A stretch of 47,538 nt of DNA, taken from contig JBIJDE010000001.1 of assembly GCA_044344305.1 (NCBI GenBank), positions 1-47,538 on the forward strand. The letters are read 5' to 3'. Positions 7,792 through 17,308 of the stretch are shown one piece after another (the stretch's first letter is position 1; every line of letters starts with the position of its first letter). Source of the stretch: Armatimonadota bacterium. GTDB lineage: Bacteria > Armatimonadota > Hebobacteria > CAIYQO01. A program made the position numbers and the translations under genes. The notes under the pieces are model-generated. The model was not told the DNA's origin, made no database searches, and was given only the letters and a program-made list of their open reading frames with translations.

Positions 7792-10128
7792 ATGAAGAGT
7801 TATTTACTGCTGATAGCAGTCGTGTTATTAATTGCTGGTTGTGGCGGCGGTGGCGGCGGTTCAACATCAAGTGGTACTGTTCGCGGGACGTTAAGCAATC
7901 TGCTGTTAGCGCAGACCCGTGGTACACAAACTTTGACAGTGGGAGTCGAAGGAACTGATTTGACTACCTCTGTGGAACCTGGTAATGAGTTCACTTTATC
8001 CGGTATACCAGAAGGTTTACACACTTTAACTATAAATAATGATAACTATGGAAAATCTATCGTTATTCAGGTAGGTCCCAAATTAATTACTGAAATCGGT
8101 GAAATTACAGTAAAAGATGCAGGTAAAATCAGTGGTATTATTACAGATGCTGATACTGCGAAGCCTATTGCCAATGCAGTAGTCACCCTTACAGAGGCTA
8201 TTCCTACCATGGTTGCAACTGCAAATGCTATGCCGCACCCGGTGCGTGTAAAACGAACAGCAATTGATGGTTCATATTCCTTCCGTGGAATATTACCTGG
8301 TAGTTATATTGTTAATATCGCTGCCCGGGGATACGTTTCGTCATCATTAATGGTAGATGTTACTGCACAAACAGTTTCAACGGCTTCAATCGCATTGAAA
8401 AAAGATGCTGTAATTCCATCAGAAGTTGGCACAATAAAAGGTACTGTTTATCTGGAAAGTGATGGGAAATCGACACCGATTGCTGGGGCACTTGTTCGTT
8501 TAAGACCAGTTATAGAAAACTCTGATGACGCAGAGTTAGGTCAGCCATTGCCAGCGATGTTGTACCAGGTTGTTAATGATGCTAATCGGCCGATGAATGT
8601 CGATTCGGCAAATGGCAAAATGACATCGGTACCGGAATGTCCACGTGAATTAATAGCCTACACAGATGAAAATGGTAATTACCTGATTGAGAATATTCCT
8701 GCCGGCAGTTATCATGCCCGGGCAATATCACCTGGAATGGATGTGAAAGGACCGCGTGTTACCGTTACAATTGCTGCAAGCAGTGGTACAACACAAGATT
8801 TCACTCTTACATTAAAACATATAAACGGTATCGTAGTGACTGGAACTGTTACAGATGATGTAACAAAGAAACCCATAGCAAATGCAGGGGTTCGCTGTAT
8901 TTTAGGAAATCCAAATCTTATACCAGGCCTAACAATAAAGCGAGGTGCTCAGGAATACGAATTTAATGCCGCCAGCGGAGAAGGAATTGTAATTAAACCA
9001 CATACAACTGGTAATTTAGAAAGTATGGTTATTTATGCCATAACTGATGCAGAAGGAAATTACAAATTAGTATCACCTGCAGTATCTGGCATTGCGGTAA
9101 ATGCCATTGGATACACTCCGCAAGAAAAACCAGTAACGACTGATATAACTCCTCAGGTGATTGATTTCGCTCTCAGTTCGCTGCAGGCAGGAACAATAAC
9201 CGGAGTAGTCAAAAATGCTGCGGGAAATGGAATACCAGAAGCAAAAATATTCGCTGATTATCCGGTATTATATGTTGATGGTAACAGTGGGGCTGGCACA
9301 ACCGTTACTAATCTTGGTAAACCGGAATCACGAGTAACTGTAACAGATACGAATGGTAATTTCACTATAAAGACGCTTCCTGGAAGAATAACGTTGTTCA
9401 TCAAAAAAGAAGGTTATCAGACACAGGAAAAGGTAGTAGATGTAATAGCTAATATAGAAACCACAGCAGATGTTACATTAAAAACTATCGTCTTGGGCAA
9501 GATTTCAGGTGTAGTGAAAGACAGCGTTACCAATTTACCCATTGCTAATGCAGTAATACGTCGCGATGCGGTATATCAGACGATGGATGTACCGACAGGA
9601 AAAACCTCGACTGATTCCCCTGAAAATTCTATGATGCCTAATGTGTCAGCACCAGAAAAAGTCATTTCTGATATTGACGGAAAATATAGTCTTGATGACC
9701 AGCCAATCGGTCAGGCAACTCTAACCTGTATTGTACCTGGTTATGAAGTTATTTATACAACTATAACATTAATAGGTGCTACTCCTGTTCAAGTAGATTT
9801 CAATCTGGTACCGTTGCCAAAACCTGCAACAGTATATGGCGTTGTTACCGGTCAGGATGATAAACCAATCGTTGGAGCTATTGTCAGCGCAGCCGACATG
9901 TATTATATAGCAACACCAGCTGTCGCATCCACCAGAATCTTTCCTGCACCGGAACATTGGGTCGTTAAAACCGATATCAATGGCAAATATCGGTTTTCAG
10001 TACCCGCTTGGGTGAAAAAAATCAGCGTAGTAGCGCGTGGATACAATAACAGCATTTCTGAGGTTATCCTGCAGCCTGGGGTAGACACTCCATTGAATGT
10101 TAAGTTGGAGAGTAAACCTGTTTTATAA
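7792..10128 (+). CDS. Lipoprotein with about 6-7 tandem carboxypeptidase-regulatory-like (CarboxypepD_reg / prealbumin-fold) domains
   Basis: ATG at 7792 follows a GGAGG SD. It has a signal peptide with lipobox 'LLIAGC' and a Gly run. The signature 'G.(I/V)(T/K)D..T..PIANA.V' recurs (GIITDADTAKPIANAVVTL; GTVTDDVTKKPIANAGV; GVVKDSVTNLPIANAVI; GVVTGQDDKPIVGAIV), with 'DGSYSF/NGNYLIENIPAGSY'-type strands. Confidence 0.65.
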   Translation: MKSYLLLIAVVLLIAGCGGGGGGSTSSGTVRGTLSNLLLAQTRGTQTLTVGVEGTDLTTSVEPGNEFTLSGIPEGLHTLTINNDNYGKSIVIQVGPKLITEIGEITVKDAGKISGIITDADTAKPIANAVVTLTEAIPTMVATANAMPHPVRVKRTAIDGSYSFRGILPGSYIVNIAARGYVSSSLMVDVTAQTVSTASIALKKDAVIPSEVGTIKGTVYLESDGKSTPIAGALVRLRPVIENSDDAELGQPLPAMLYQVVNDANRPMNVDSANGKMTSVPECPRELIAYTDENGNYLIENIPAGSYHARAISPGMDVKGPRVTVTIAASSGTTQDFTLTLKHINGIVVTGTVTDDVTKKPIANAGVRCILGNPNLIPGLTIKRGAQEYEFNAASGEGIVIKPHTTGNLESMVIYAITDAEGNYKLVSPAVSGIAVNAIGYTPQEKPVTTDITPQVIDFALSSLQAGTITGVVKNAAGNGIPEAKIFADYPVLYVDGNSGAGTTVTNLGKPESRVTVTDTNGNFTIKTLPGRITLFIKKEGYQTQEKVVDVIANIETTADVTLKTIVLGKISGVVKDSVTNLPIANAVIRRDAVYQTMDVPTGKTSTDSPENSMMPNVSAPEKVISDIDGKYSLDDQPIGQATLTCIVPGYEVIYTTITLIGATPVQVDFNLVPLPKPATVYGVVTGQDDKPIVGAIVSAADMYYIATPAVASTRIFPAPEHWVVKTDINGKYRFSVPAWVKKISVVARGYNNSISEVILQPGVDTPLNVKLESKPVL

Positions 10129-10157
10129 TTCACCATTTCGGTGATTATATTTGTAAA

Positions 10158-10195
10158 ATAGTTCCTTCCTCCAATATAGGAAGGAACTATTTTTT
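10158..10195 (+). terminator. Rho-independent terminator
   Basis: Perfect 13-bp stem atagttccttcct / aggaaggaactat with a 7-nt loop, followed by TTTTT. It lies 30 nt after the lipoprotein stop. Confidence 0.8.
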
Positions 10196-10196
10196 C

Positions 10197-10403
10197 ACAT
10201 CGATTAATAGGATTGAAAAGATAAAATTTCCTTACAGATTTTTTAGAACACTTTAACATGTCAAATTACCGATTGCTGGAATTTTTGAATTGATATTTTT
10301 TGGTGATATTTTTATAAATATCGTAATGGCAATCCATTGTGGTTGCCTAGTTTTCCTGAATAAAACTCCTGATATAAAATCTGTAAATCCTATTAATCGA
10401 TGT
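10197..10403. repeat. About 200-bp AT-rich segment bounded by inverted repeats (MITE-like or regulatory)
   Basis: Perfect 18-bp inverted repeat acatcgattaataggatt (10197-10214) / aatcctattaatcgatgt (10386-10403). A 9-bp pair acagatttt (10244-10252) / aaaatctgt (10376-10384) lies inside it. It sits directly upstream of the putative rhaI promoter (TTGACT 10454-10459, N16, TATACA 10476-10481). Confidence 0.5.
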
Positions 10404-10527
10404 AAAAAAAATAAATGTTTAAAAGGTGAACTGTTACATTCGACCTTTCCCTATTGACTTTTAACCTCATCCTGATATACATTAGCATTCAGGACAGTTA
10501 TTCATTCCTTTTGGGAGGCTGCACTTA

Positions 10528-11727
10528 ATGTCATCATCCAATAATTTAGGCTATGCCGCATTAGCGGAATATCTGCGAGGACGGGGATTAAACCCTGATT
10601 CTATCCGTTCTGCTGTGCAGTCGCTGGCTATAGAAACCCCGGCATGGGGATATGGTGATGGCGGAACACGATTTAAAAAGTTTCACAACGCTGCAGCGGC
10701 ACGAACATCACGGGAACGTATAACCGACGCTGGATTGACCCATCGACTTACCGGGGCATGCCCGACAGTTGCGTTGCACATACCATGGGATAGTGTTGAT
10801 AATTGGGATGAATTTGCTATCTATGCTAATACCCAGGGAGTGAAGTTAGGTGCGATAAATCCGAATCTTTTCCAGGATGAAGATTATATGCTGGGTAGCC
10901 TGTGTAATCCTTCAAAGGCAATCCGCCAAAAAGCGGTTGACCATGTTAAGGAATGTATAGATATTGCAGGCGCAGCAAAAGTAAATGAAGTCAGTTTATG
11001 GTTGGCGGATGGTACAAATTACCCGGGACAGGACAATATTGCTGATCGTCGTCTACGTTTACTTGATACCCTGCAGGAATGTTATGCCCACATGCCGGCG
11101 AGTATGACGTTACTGGTGGAATACAAATTTTTTGAACCGGCTTTTTACCATACTGACCTGGCCGACTGGGGTGCATCACTGACCACCTGCCAGGCATTGG
11201 GACCACAGGCGAAAGTGCTGGTTGATACCGGTCATCACGCCCAGGGAACCAATATCGAATATATCGTATCATGGTTAATAGCATTGGGACGATTGGGTGG
11301 TTTCCATTTTAATTGTCGCAAATATGCCGATGACGATTTAATCGTCGCCAGCAGCAATCCGTTTGAACTGTTCATGATTTTTCATGAGCTAATTAATGGC
11401 GGCACAAATGGTCGCGCGGCGGAAACGGCATATATGCTGGACCAGAGTCACAACATAGAAAATAAAATTGAAGCGATGATAATGTCCATCATGAATGTGC
11501 AGACGGCTTATGCAAAGGCATTGTGCATTAATCGTAACACTCTGGCAGAATTGCAGGCCACTGGTGATGTGTTGGGTGCGCACCGAATGATACATGAAGC
11601 ATTCGAGACCGATGTCCGGCCGCTGCTGGCAATAATGCGCGAGGAAGCCGGCCTGCCGATTGATCCGCTAAAAGCATTCCGTGAAGGTGGATTTGCTGCC
11701 CGAATGGCACAGGAACGCAGTAAGTAG
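10528..11727 (+). CDS. rhaI: L-rhamnose isomerase, Pseudomonas stutzeri/Rhizobium RhaI type (xylose-isomerase-like TIM barrel)
   Basis: GGGAGG SD. Blocks match my memory of the P. stutzeri L-RhI: 'PAWGYGDGGTRFKKF', 'TVALHIPWD', 'SLWLADGTNYPGQDN', 'VEYKFFEPAFYHTD', 'VDTGHHAQGTNIEYIV', 'LGGFHFNCRKYADDDL', 'MLDQSHN'. It is adjacent to rhamnulokinase. Confidence 0.8.
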   Translation: MSSSNNLGYAALAEYLRGRGLNPDSIRSAVQSLAIETPAWGYGDGGTRFKKFHNAAAARTSRERITDAGLTHRLTGACPTVALHIPWDSVDNWDEFAIYANTQGVKLGAINPNLFQDEDYMLGSLCNPSKAIRQKAVDHVKECIDIAGAAKVNEVSLWLADGTNYPGQDNIADRRLRLLDTLQECYAHMPASMTLLVEYKFFEPAFYHTDLADWGASLTTCQALGPQAKVLVDTGHHAQGTNIEYIVSWLIALGRLGGFHFNCRKYADDDLIVASSNPFELFMIFHELINGGTNGRAAETAYMLDQSHNIENKIEAMIMSIMNVQTAYAKALCINRNTLAELQATGDVLGAHRMIHEAFETDVRPLLAIMREEAGLPIDPLKAFREGGFAARMAQERSK

Positions 11728-11736
11728 AAAATAACT

Positions 11737-11843
11737 AAATTAACATGGATAGGCAGGATAGGCAAGATAAGCTTTTATTTTCAGTGTAAATCTCGACATG
11801 ATATATTTAATATCATGTCCATCCTGCCTATCCATGTTAATTT
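11737..11843. repeat. Nested hairpin element between rhaI and rhaB
   Basis: Perfect 23-bp inverted repeat aaattaacatggataggcaggat (11737-11759) / atcctgcctatccatgttaattt (11821-11843). It encloses a second 9-bp hairpin gacatgata / tatcatgtc (11795-11803 / 11811-11819). Confidence 0.85.
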
Positions 11844-11877
11844 TATTAAGCGAATATAATTCACAAGGTGTAATGAA

Positions 11878-13353
11878 ATGAAAAAACATTTAGCAGTATC
11901 AGCAATTGACCTCGGTGCAGAAAGTGGTCGAGTAAGCGTGGGTATGTTTGACGGTGAACATTTGGATATTGATGTTGTTCATCGCTTCTCTAATAGTCCG
12001 TTAACTTTAAACAGCACCTTGCATTGGAATACCCTGTCATTATATAAAGATATTTTAACAGGTCTGGGCAAAGCTGGTGAATTAGTGCCGGATTTGGCAT
12101 CTACCGGAGTCGATACCTGGGGTTGTGACTTTGGCATACTGGACGCGCACGGCAATCTGTTGGGTGTGCCAGTACATTACCGCGATAAACGCACAGATGG
12201 ACTGATTGAAGAAATAACAAAAGAGATTAAACGTGAATCAATTTATAACCAATCTGGTATTGCGTTTTGGCCATTTAATACCTTGTACCAATTGCGCGCG
12301 TTGGCGGTACAATCGTCACCATTATTCATTGAAGGAAGAACATTATTATTTACTCCGGATTTGTTGAATTTCTGGTTATGCGGTTCGCGCACGACAGAAC
12401 GTTCCATCGCCAGCACTTCACAATGTTTGTCGGTAGAGAAAGATGAGTGGCTTAATGATTTACTGGCTGCTCTGGATATTCCACCGGCGATAATGCCCGA
12501 GGTAGTAACCAGTGGCACAATACTGGGTTCTTTACGTGCCGATGTGGCAGAAGAAACAAAGCTGAAATCGATGAAAGTCATTGCCCCTGCCGAACATGAC
12601 ACCGCATCGGCAGTTGTTGCCACCCCGCTTTCAGCACCAAATGCGGCATATTTAAGCTGTGGCACGTGGTCGCTGCTGGGGTTGGAAATGACTACCCCGC
12701 AGGCGACACCAGAAGCTATGAACGCAGGATTTACTAATGAAAAAGGTGCTTGTGGAACCTATCGTTTCCTGAAAAATATCATGGGACTGTGGCTGATTCA
12801 ACGTGCTCGCGATGTATTTGCCCGCAAAGGTGAAGAATACGATTATGCCACTCTGGCATTCAAGGCATCCGGCGCTGAGCCTTTCCAGGCATGGGTTGAT
12901 GTCAACGACGATAAGTTTTATGCACCTTCAAATATGGTTGAAGCTGCCCAGGAATATTGCCGCGAAACCGGACAATTTGTACCAAACAGTGTAGACGACA
13001 TCATGCGAGTTCTTTTAGAAAGTTTGGTATTCTCCTATCGCAAGGCAATCGATCAATTGGAAGATATCTATGGGATTACCATTCCGGCACTGCATATAAC
13101 CGGCGGCGGATCGCAAAATAACGCTCTGTGCCAATGGACAGCGAACGCTCTTGCACGGCCAGTAATAGCCGGCCCAGTTGAAGGCACCGCATTGGGAAAT
13201 ATGCTGGTACAACTGATGGCACTTGGTGAACTGAAAAACCTGCAGGAATGCCGCGAAGTGGTACGACGAAGTAGTGGACTGACCACCTACGAACCACAGG
13301 ACGTAAACATGTGGGCAGACGCTTATCAGCGATATAAGACGGTTGTTAAGTAG
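11878..13353 (+). CDS. rhaB: Rhamnulokinase (FGGY family)
   Basis: Matches E. coli RhaB blocks: 'AIDLGAESGRV', 'DTWGCDFGILD', 'PVHYRDKRT', 'IYNQSGIAFWPFNTLYQLRAL', 'HDTASAVVATPL', 'AAYLSCGTWSLLGLE', 'YRFLKNIMGLWLIQR', 'HITGGGSQN', 'VIAGPVEGTALGN'. Confidence 0.9.
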   Translation: MKKHLAVSAIDLGAESGRVSVGMFDGEHLDIDVVHRFSNSPLTLNSTLHWNTLSLYKDILTGLGKAGELVPDLASTGVDTWGCDFGILDAHGNLLGVPVHYRDKRTDGLIEEITKEIKRESIYNQSGIAFWPFNTLYQLRALAVQSSPLFIEGRTLLFTPDLLNFWLCGSRTTERSIASTSQCLSVEKDEWLNDLLAALDIPPAIMPEVVTSGTILGSLRADVAEETKLKSMKVIAPAEHDTASAVVATPLSAPNAAYLSCGTWSLLGLEMTTPQATPEAMNAGFTNEKGACGTYRFLKNIMGLWLIQRARDVFARKGEEYDYATLAFKASGAEPFQAWVDVNDDKFYAPSNMVEAAQEYCRETGQFVPNSVDDIMRVLLESLVFSYRKAIDQLEDIYGITIPALHITGGGSQNNALCQWTANALARPVIAGPVEGTALGNMLVQLMALGELKNLQECREVVRRSSGLTTYEPQDVNMWADAYQRYKTVVK

Positions 13354-13386
13354 ATATTGTTAATGCAAACTTCTGTTCAATCTATA

Positions 13387-14520
13387 TCAAAATGATAATA
13401 GCTTCATCTGTGTATAAATTGATAATCGAGTAGGTTTATTACCTGGAAAATCGTCACATTTTAAATAAATTGAACCATACGAATGCATAACACCAGTCAG
13501 TAACTGTTTATTGGCTGGTGTTATACCAACAATTACCTGCCAATCATTTGATATAGGCATGGCATATAAGATAGAAAATGCAGTTTGATTTTTATCGCTT
13601 TTCATTATTAAGGCAATAGTTTGTTTACCTTTACGCATTAATGATAGATTTAGTGTCCGGTCAATTTTTGTATTATGTTTCTCTGTCCATGTACTTCCGG
13701 TCGCACCCCAGAAATCGTGTATAAAACCATCAGGATCTTCAAAAATGCGCGGAGAAACAAGATATAAATCAGTAACTTTTGCTGATGGAATGGTAATCTC
13801 GCCAAAAAGATCATTAATATCGATTAAGGCCTGCCAGCGTTTCCCGGAATTAATCACCAGACTGGTTCCTGTTGTCCAACCAGATCCGCATCCAGTGCCA
13901 CTCGCACTTACAATCTTCATCAATCCTGTAAAATCTTTGCCATCAACATTACCTAAAGTTTTACCACGTTCAAAATGATTAATTTGTAGATACCTTGCAT
14001 TTATTTGCCATTTACAATGCAATTTCTTATATTCAAATGGTATTGAATATCCTGTTCCAAACCATATCATATCTACTTTTGCCATAGAAAACTCCGGTGA
14101 CAAGATATGATTAGCGACTGGTTTTGAATGTAAATCGAGCCATAATTGTCCCGCGTCATGATTTCCATCATAAGCTTCATACTCACCTTGCCCCATTCCC
14201 AATGACCATCTGCTGTGATTTATCTTTATCCATTCTGCCGTTGATAAACGAGCAAATACATCTGATGATGCAAAATCTGCCGGTAACTCCTTCTTTTTGT
14301 ATGTCCATAACGATCTGATATTTATTTCTCCCATACCAGAGTAACCAGTTTGAACAGAATCTTTATTACTCTCCTCAAGCATAACAAGGTGGTATGTTAT
14401 ATTGTTTTCAACATCATTTGGAAGCAGAATAGGGATGGCGTAAACATGCAATAAAATATTTATTGATAAGAATATTATTGATAAAAGTCTGATATTTTTT
14501 TTTATAATAGAAAGTGTCAT
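13387..14520 (-). CDS. Secreted hypothetical protein, possibly an outer-membrane protein
   Basis: 377-aa ORF with N-terminal signal peptide 'IRLLSIIFLSINILLHVYA' and a C-terminal Phe ('...YTQMKLLSF'). The preceding residues do not fit the classical alternating beta-signal well. I recognise no domain. The gene is AT-rich. Confidence 0.5.
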   Translation of the reverse strand: MTLSIIKKNIRLLSIIFLSINILLHVYAIPILLPNDVENNITYHLVMLEESNKDSVQTGYSGMGEINIRSLWTYKKKELPADFASSDVFARLSTAEWIKINHSRWSLGMGQGEYEAYDGNHDAGQLWLDLHSKPVANHILSPEFSMAKVDMIWFGTGYSIPFEYKKLHCKWQINARYLQINHFERGKTLGNVDGKDFTGLMKIVSASGTGCGSGWTTGTSLVINSGKRWQALIDINDLFGEITIPSAKVTDLYLVSPRIFEDPDGFIHDFWGATGSTWTEKHNTKIDRTLNLSLMRKGKQTIALIMKSDKNQTAFSILYAMPISNDWQVIVGITPANKQLLTGVMHSYGSIYLKCDDFPGNKPTRLSIYTQMKLLSF

Positions 14521-14641
14521 ATTTACCGATTATTAACATTAGAGTTGTCGTGAATAGTAATTAACACGATAACTCTATTATAAACACATCCATGACAATA
14601 TTGCCATGGATGTGCTTGGGATTTGATTATTTAACCAAAGA

Positions 14642-16900
14642 TTACATCAATACTTCAGTTGTGCCATCTGTAAAAGTAATTGTTGTAGAATTACCTGGTA
14701 ATCCTGGTGCTATATTAGCAACATTCTTACCGTCCACAGAAATTACGCCAGTCATAACATTATCAGTTCCCTGCGATAATGTAACTTTTACGCCGTCTTG
14801 ATTATTGATAACAAGTATCGCATTTGAAACTTTGGTTTCATTGCCGACAAGAGTTATAGTCGCTTCACCATTTCCATTCAATGAATAATTTCCGAATTTC
14901 ATGGTATTCATATCGCAGATTGCTTTACCATTTCCATCCGTTGAAAATACTATATTTACAGCGTATGGTTGATATTCTCCCTGTTTTATATCACCTATTA
15001 TTGTCATCAATGTATTGGCTTTGTCAACTGTCATATTGTCAGTCGGGTTATTCAATCTAACTTCTATAGTACCATTAATAGCCATTTTGCTATCGCTATT
15101 CGAGTATTTTCCTACTAATTTTGCATAATTTGGCATTGCAGTAGGACGACCCTTCATAACGATTTGTTTAGAAGTTGCGTTAAATAATCCTTCGACAATT
15201 ACATCACCGGCAGGAGATTCAACCGATATTTTTGCATTGCTGTAGAAATTTACCGGTATTGATTCATAACTGGTGTTGTACAAGGCATTTACCAGTTTAA
15301 CACCAATGCTACCGCTAAACGACAATGCCACCTTATCTGTTAACGTTTCTCCATTTATTGTAACTGACATAATGCCTTCATTAAGTTGATAATCAGTCGG
15401 GAATGATTTTGGTCTTTCATTAACCTGAAGGATTTCAGATTTAACTACCACACTTCCACCCATTTTCGCTACACCCTTAATAGATGTGAATTGGATATAG
15501 GCATTTGTCATGGTAAAACCAGTGAGATAGTCATAAATTGTATCTCCAGGATATGCGTTTAATGGTAACTCTTTCATGAAATCTGCAGCAAATTCACCAT
15601 TAGCCTCAAACTCCTTACTGGTTAATTTTCCATTAAACTCAATTCTTGAGTAATGATTTTTATCAACGCCAGTCGCCTTGGCCGTACCATCAAAGGTAAC
15701 TGGAGTGATGAGATTTTTATCGGTGAAAGAAAATAATCCATGAGCTATCGGATCAGCATTTAAAGATACCGTTGGAATAATTAAAGTATATTTCAATTTG
15801 GTATCAACTACTGCTGTTTGCTCCATTATCCATCCGTTAGAATCTTTCTTAAGTGTTAATGTATAAAAATCGCCTATTACTGCCATTTTCATGGTTATCT
15901 GATTCGGAATATCAAGGGTGCTGTCAGGATAGAAGGTAAGATTGTAAAAATATTCATTATAACCATATTCTTCAATATGTTGAATTATTCTATAACCTTT
16001 CCCCATTTCCAATTTAAATATATTAGGGGTTTTGCCTTCAATAGGATTACCATTTGCATCAGTCATTTCCCATGATGCCTGAATAGCAGGGAGCATTAAT
16101 CTGGATAAATTTCCGCCAATCTTTGAATAGTTAGTTTGAATAGCAGCAATCTTATCACCATTAAAAGCTGTATTAACAGAAGTTGCTATCTTTCGCAGGC
16201 TTGGGGTTTCTTGATTTAATAGCATACGGAAAGGAAGACCAGCTTCTCTAACCTGTTGTATTGCATTTTTACCCTTTACAACAGAATTATCAATAGTTGC
16301 AGGGATCATAGCACTTATATCTATAAACTTACTTTCATCAATATTTCCAAAACCTCCGGGAAGCATATACTGTTCAGTGATTGCTGCACTTGATGTTGGA
16401 TTGTTTGTATACCAATTTTGCGCAGCCATGAGTGTTTTTTCATAGAGATCAGAATCAATCAGTGATTTCTTATAAAACTTTTCACCTATTAATTCAGACG
16501 CTATAGTTGTAATTGGATTAGCAACGACTGTAATATCACCATTTGGCACAGAAGGTAAAAGTAATGATAATCTAAAGTCTTTCCCATCACGTTTACCAGT
16601 TATAACAACAACAACAACTAATCCAGGAGTTAGAGTAACAGAGCCAAAACCATCAGAACCGATGGTACCTGAAGTGATTAAGGCACCGGTTTGAAAATTG
16701 AAAACTTCAATTTTTGCACCTTGATCTAATTGTCCACCAATGAGAATCTTAGCCCTGTCCATACCCATTGCTAAAGTAGTCGAAGCCCCAATCTTCAGGG
16801 AAACACCAGGATTAATAGAGTTATTTGATCCTCCATTACACCCTGTAAGTGTTAAACAGATACATAACACTGTCAACACTACGCATAACATTTTCTTCAT
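14642..16900 (-). CDS. Large lipoprotein of unknown function
   Basis: 752-aa ORF with GGAGAAGG SD. It has a signal peptide with lipobox 'LTLTGC' followed by NGGSNNS. The rest is Thr/Asn/Gly-rich and beta-rich with no motif I recognise. It is AT-rich and co-directional with 13387-14520. Two hairpins (14551-14586, 14587-14616) lie in the 121-bp gap. Confidence 0.7.
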   Translation of the reverse strand: MKKMLCVVLTVLCICLTLTGCNGGSNNSINPGVSLKIGASTTLAMGMDRAKILIGGQLDQGAKIEVFNFQTGALITSGTIGSDGFGSVTLTPGLVVVVVITGKRDGKDFRLSLLLPSVPNGDITVVANPITTIASELIGEKFYKKSLIDSDLYEKTLMAAQNWYTNNPTSSAAITEQYMLPGGFGNIDESKFIDISAMIPATIDNSVVKGKNAIQQVREAGLPFRMLLNQETPSLRKIATSVNTAFNGDKIAAIQTNYSKIGGNLSRLMLPAIQASWEMTDANGNPIEGKTPNIFKLEMGKGYRIIQHIEEYGYNEYFYNLTFYPDSTLDIPNQITMKMAVIGDFYTLTLKKDSNGWIMEQTAVVDTKLKYTLIIPTVSLNADPIAHGLFSFTDKNLITPVTFDGTAKATGVDKNHYSRIEFNGKLTSKEFEANGEFAADFMKELPLNAYPGDTIYDYLTGFTMTNAYIQFTSIKGVAKMGGSVVVKSEILQVNERPKSFPTDYQLNEGIMSVTINGETLTDKVALSFSGSIGVKLVNALYNTSYESIPVNFYSNAKISVESPAGDVIVEGLFNATSKQIVMKGRPTAMPNYAKLVGKYSNSDSKMAINGTIEVRLNNPTDNMTVDKANTLMTIIGDIKQGEYQPYAVNIVFSTDGNGKAICDMNTMKFGNYSLNGNGEATITLVGNETKVSNAILVINNQDGVKVTLSQGTDNVMTGVISVDGKNVANIAPGLPGNSTTITFTDGTTEVLM

Positions 16901-17308
16901 AACCTTCTCCTTACATTACTTTTAGACTGAACCCTTTTATGATTAAAGGGCTCTCTTTTAGATTCTCTAACATTTTTAAAACTTGTTAAATAACAAATTG
17001 AACAAGTTTACAGTATCTGAAAAAGACTGCCATGTTATGTTTGCGAGTTATATTATTAAATTAATATATAAAATTGTAAGCTAACAATTATCCTTTGTCA
17101 ATAATAATTTTGACTATATATATATTTTTTTATTTTTTTTATGATTTTGTGCAGATTGATTAAACTTTTAAAAATAGTTTTCATAACTTTTAAAAATAAT
17201 TCCAAAACTATATGCAAAATACCATTAACAAATATATACTAAACGTGTCTTATATATAAATGGTCTTGCTAAACATGTTTAAAACGCAATTCTTTTAAAG
17301 GAGCTGTT

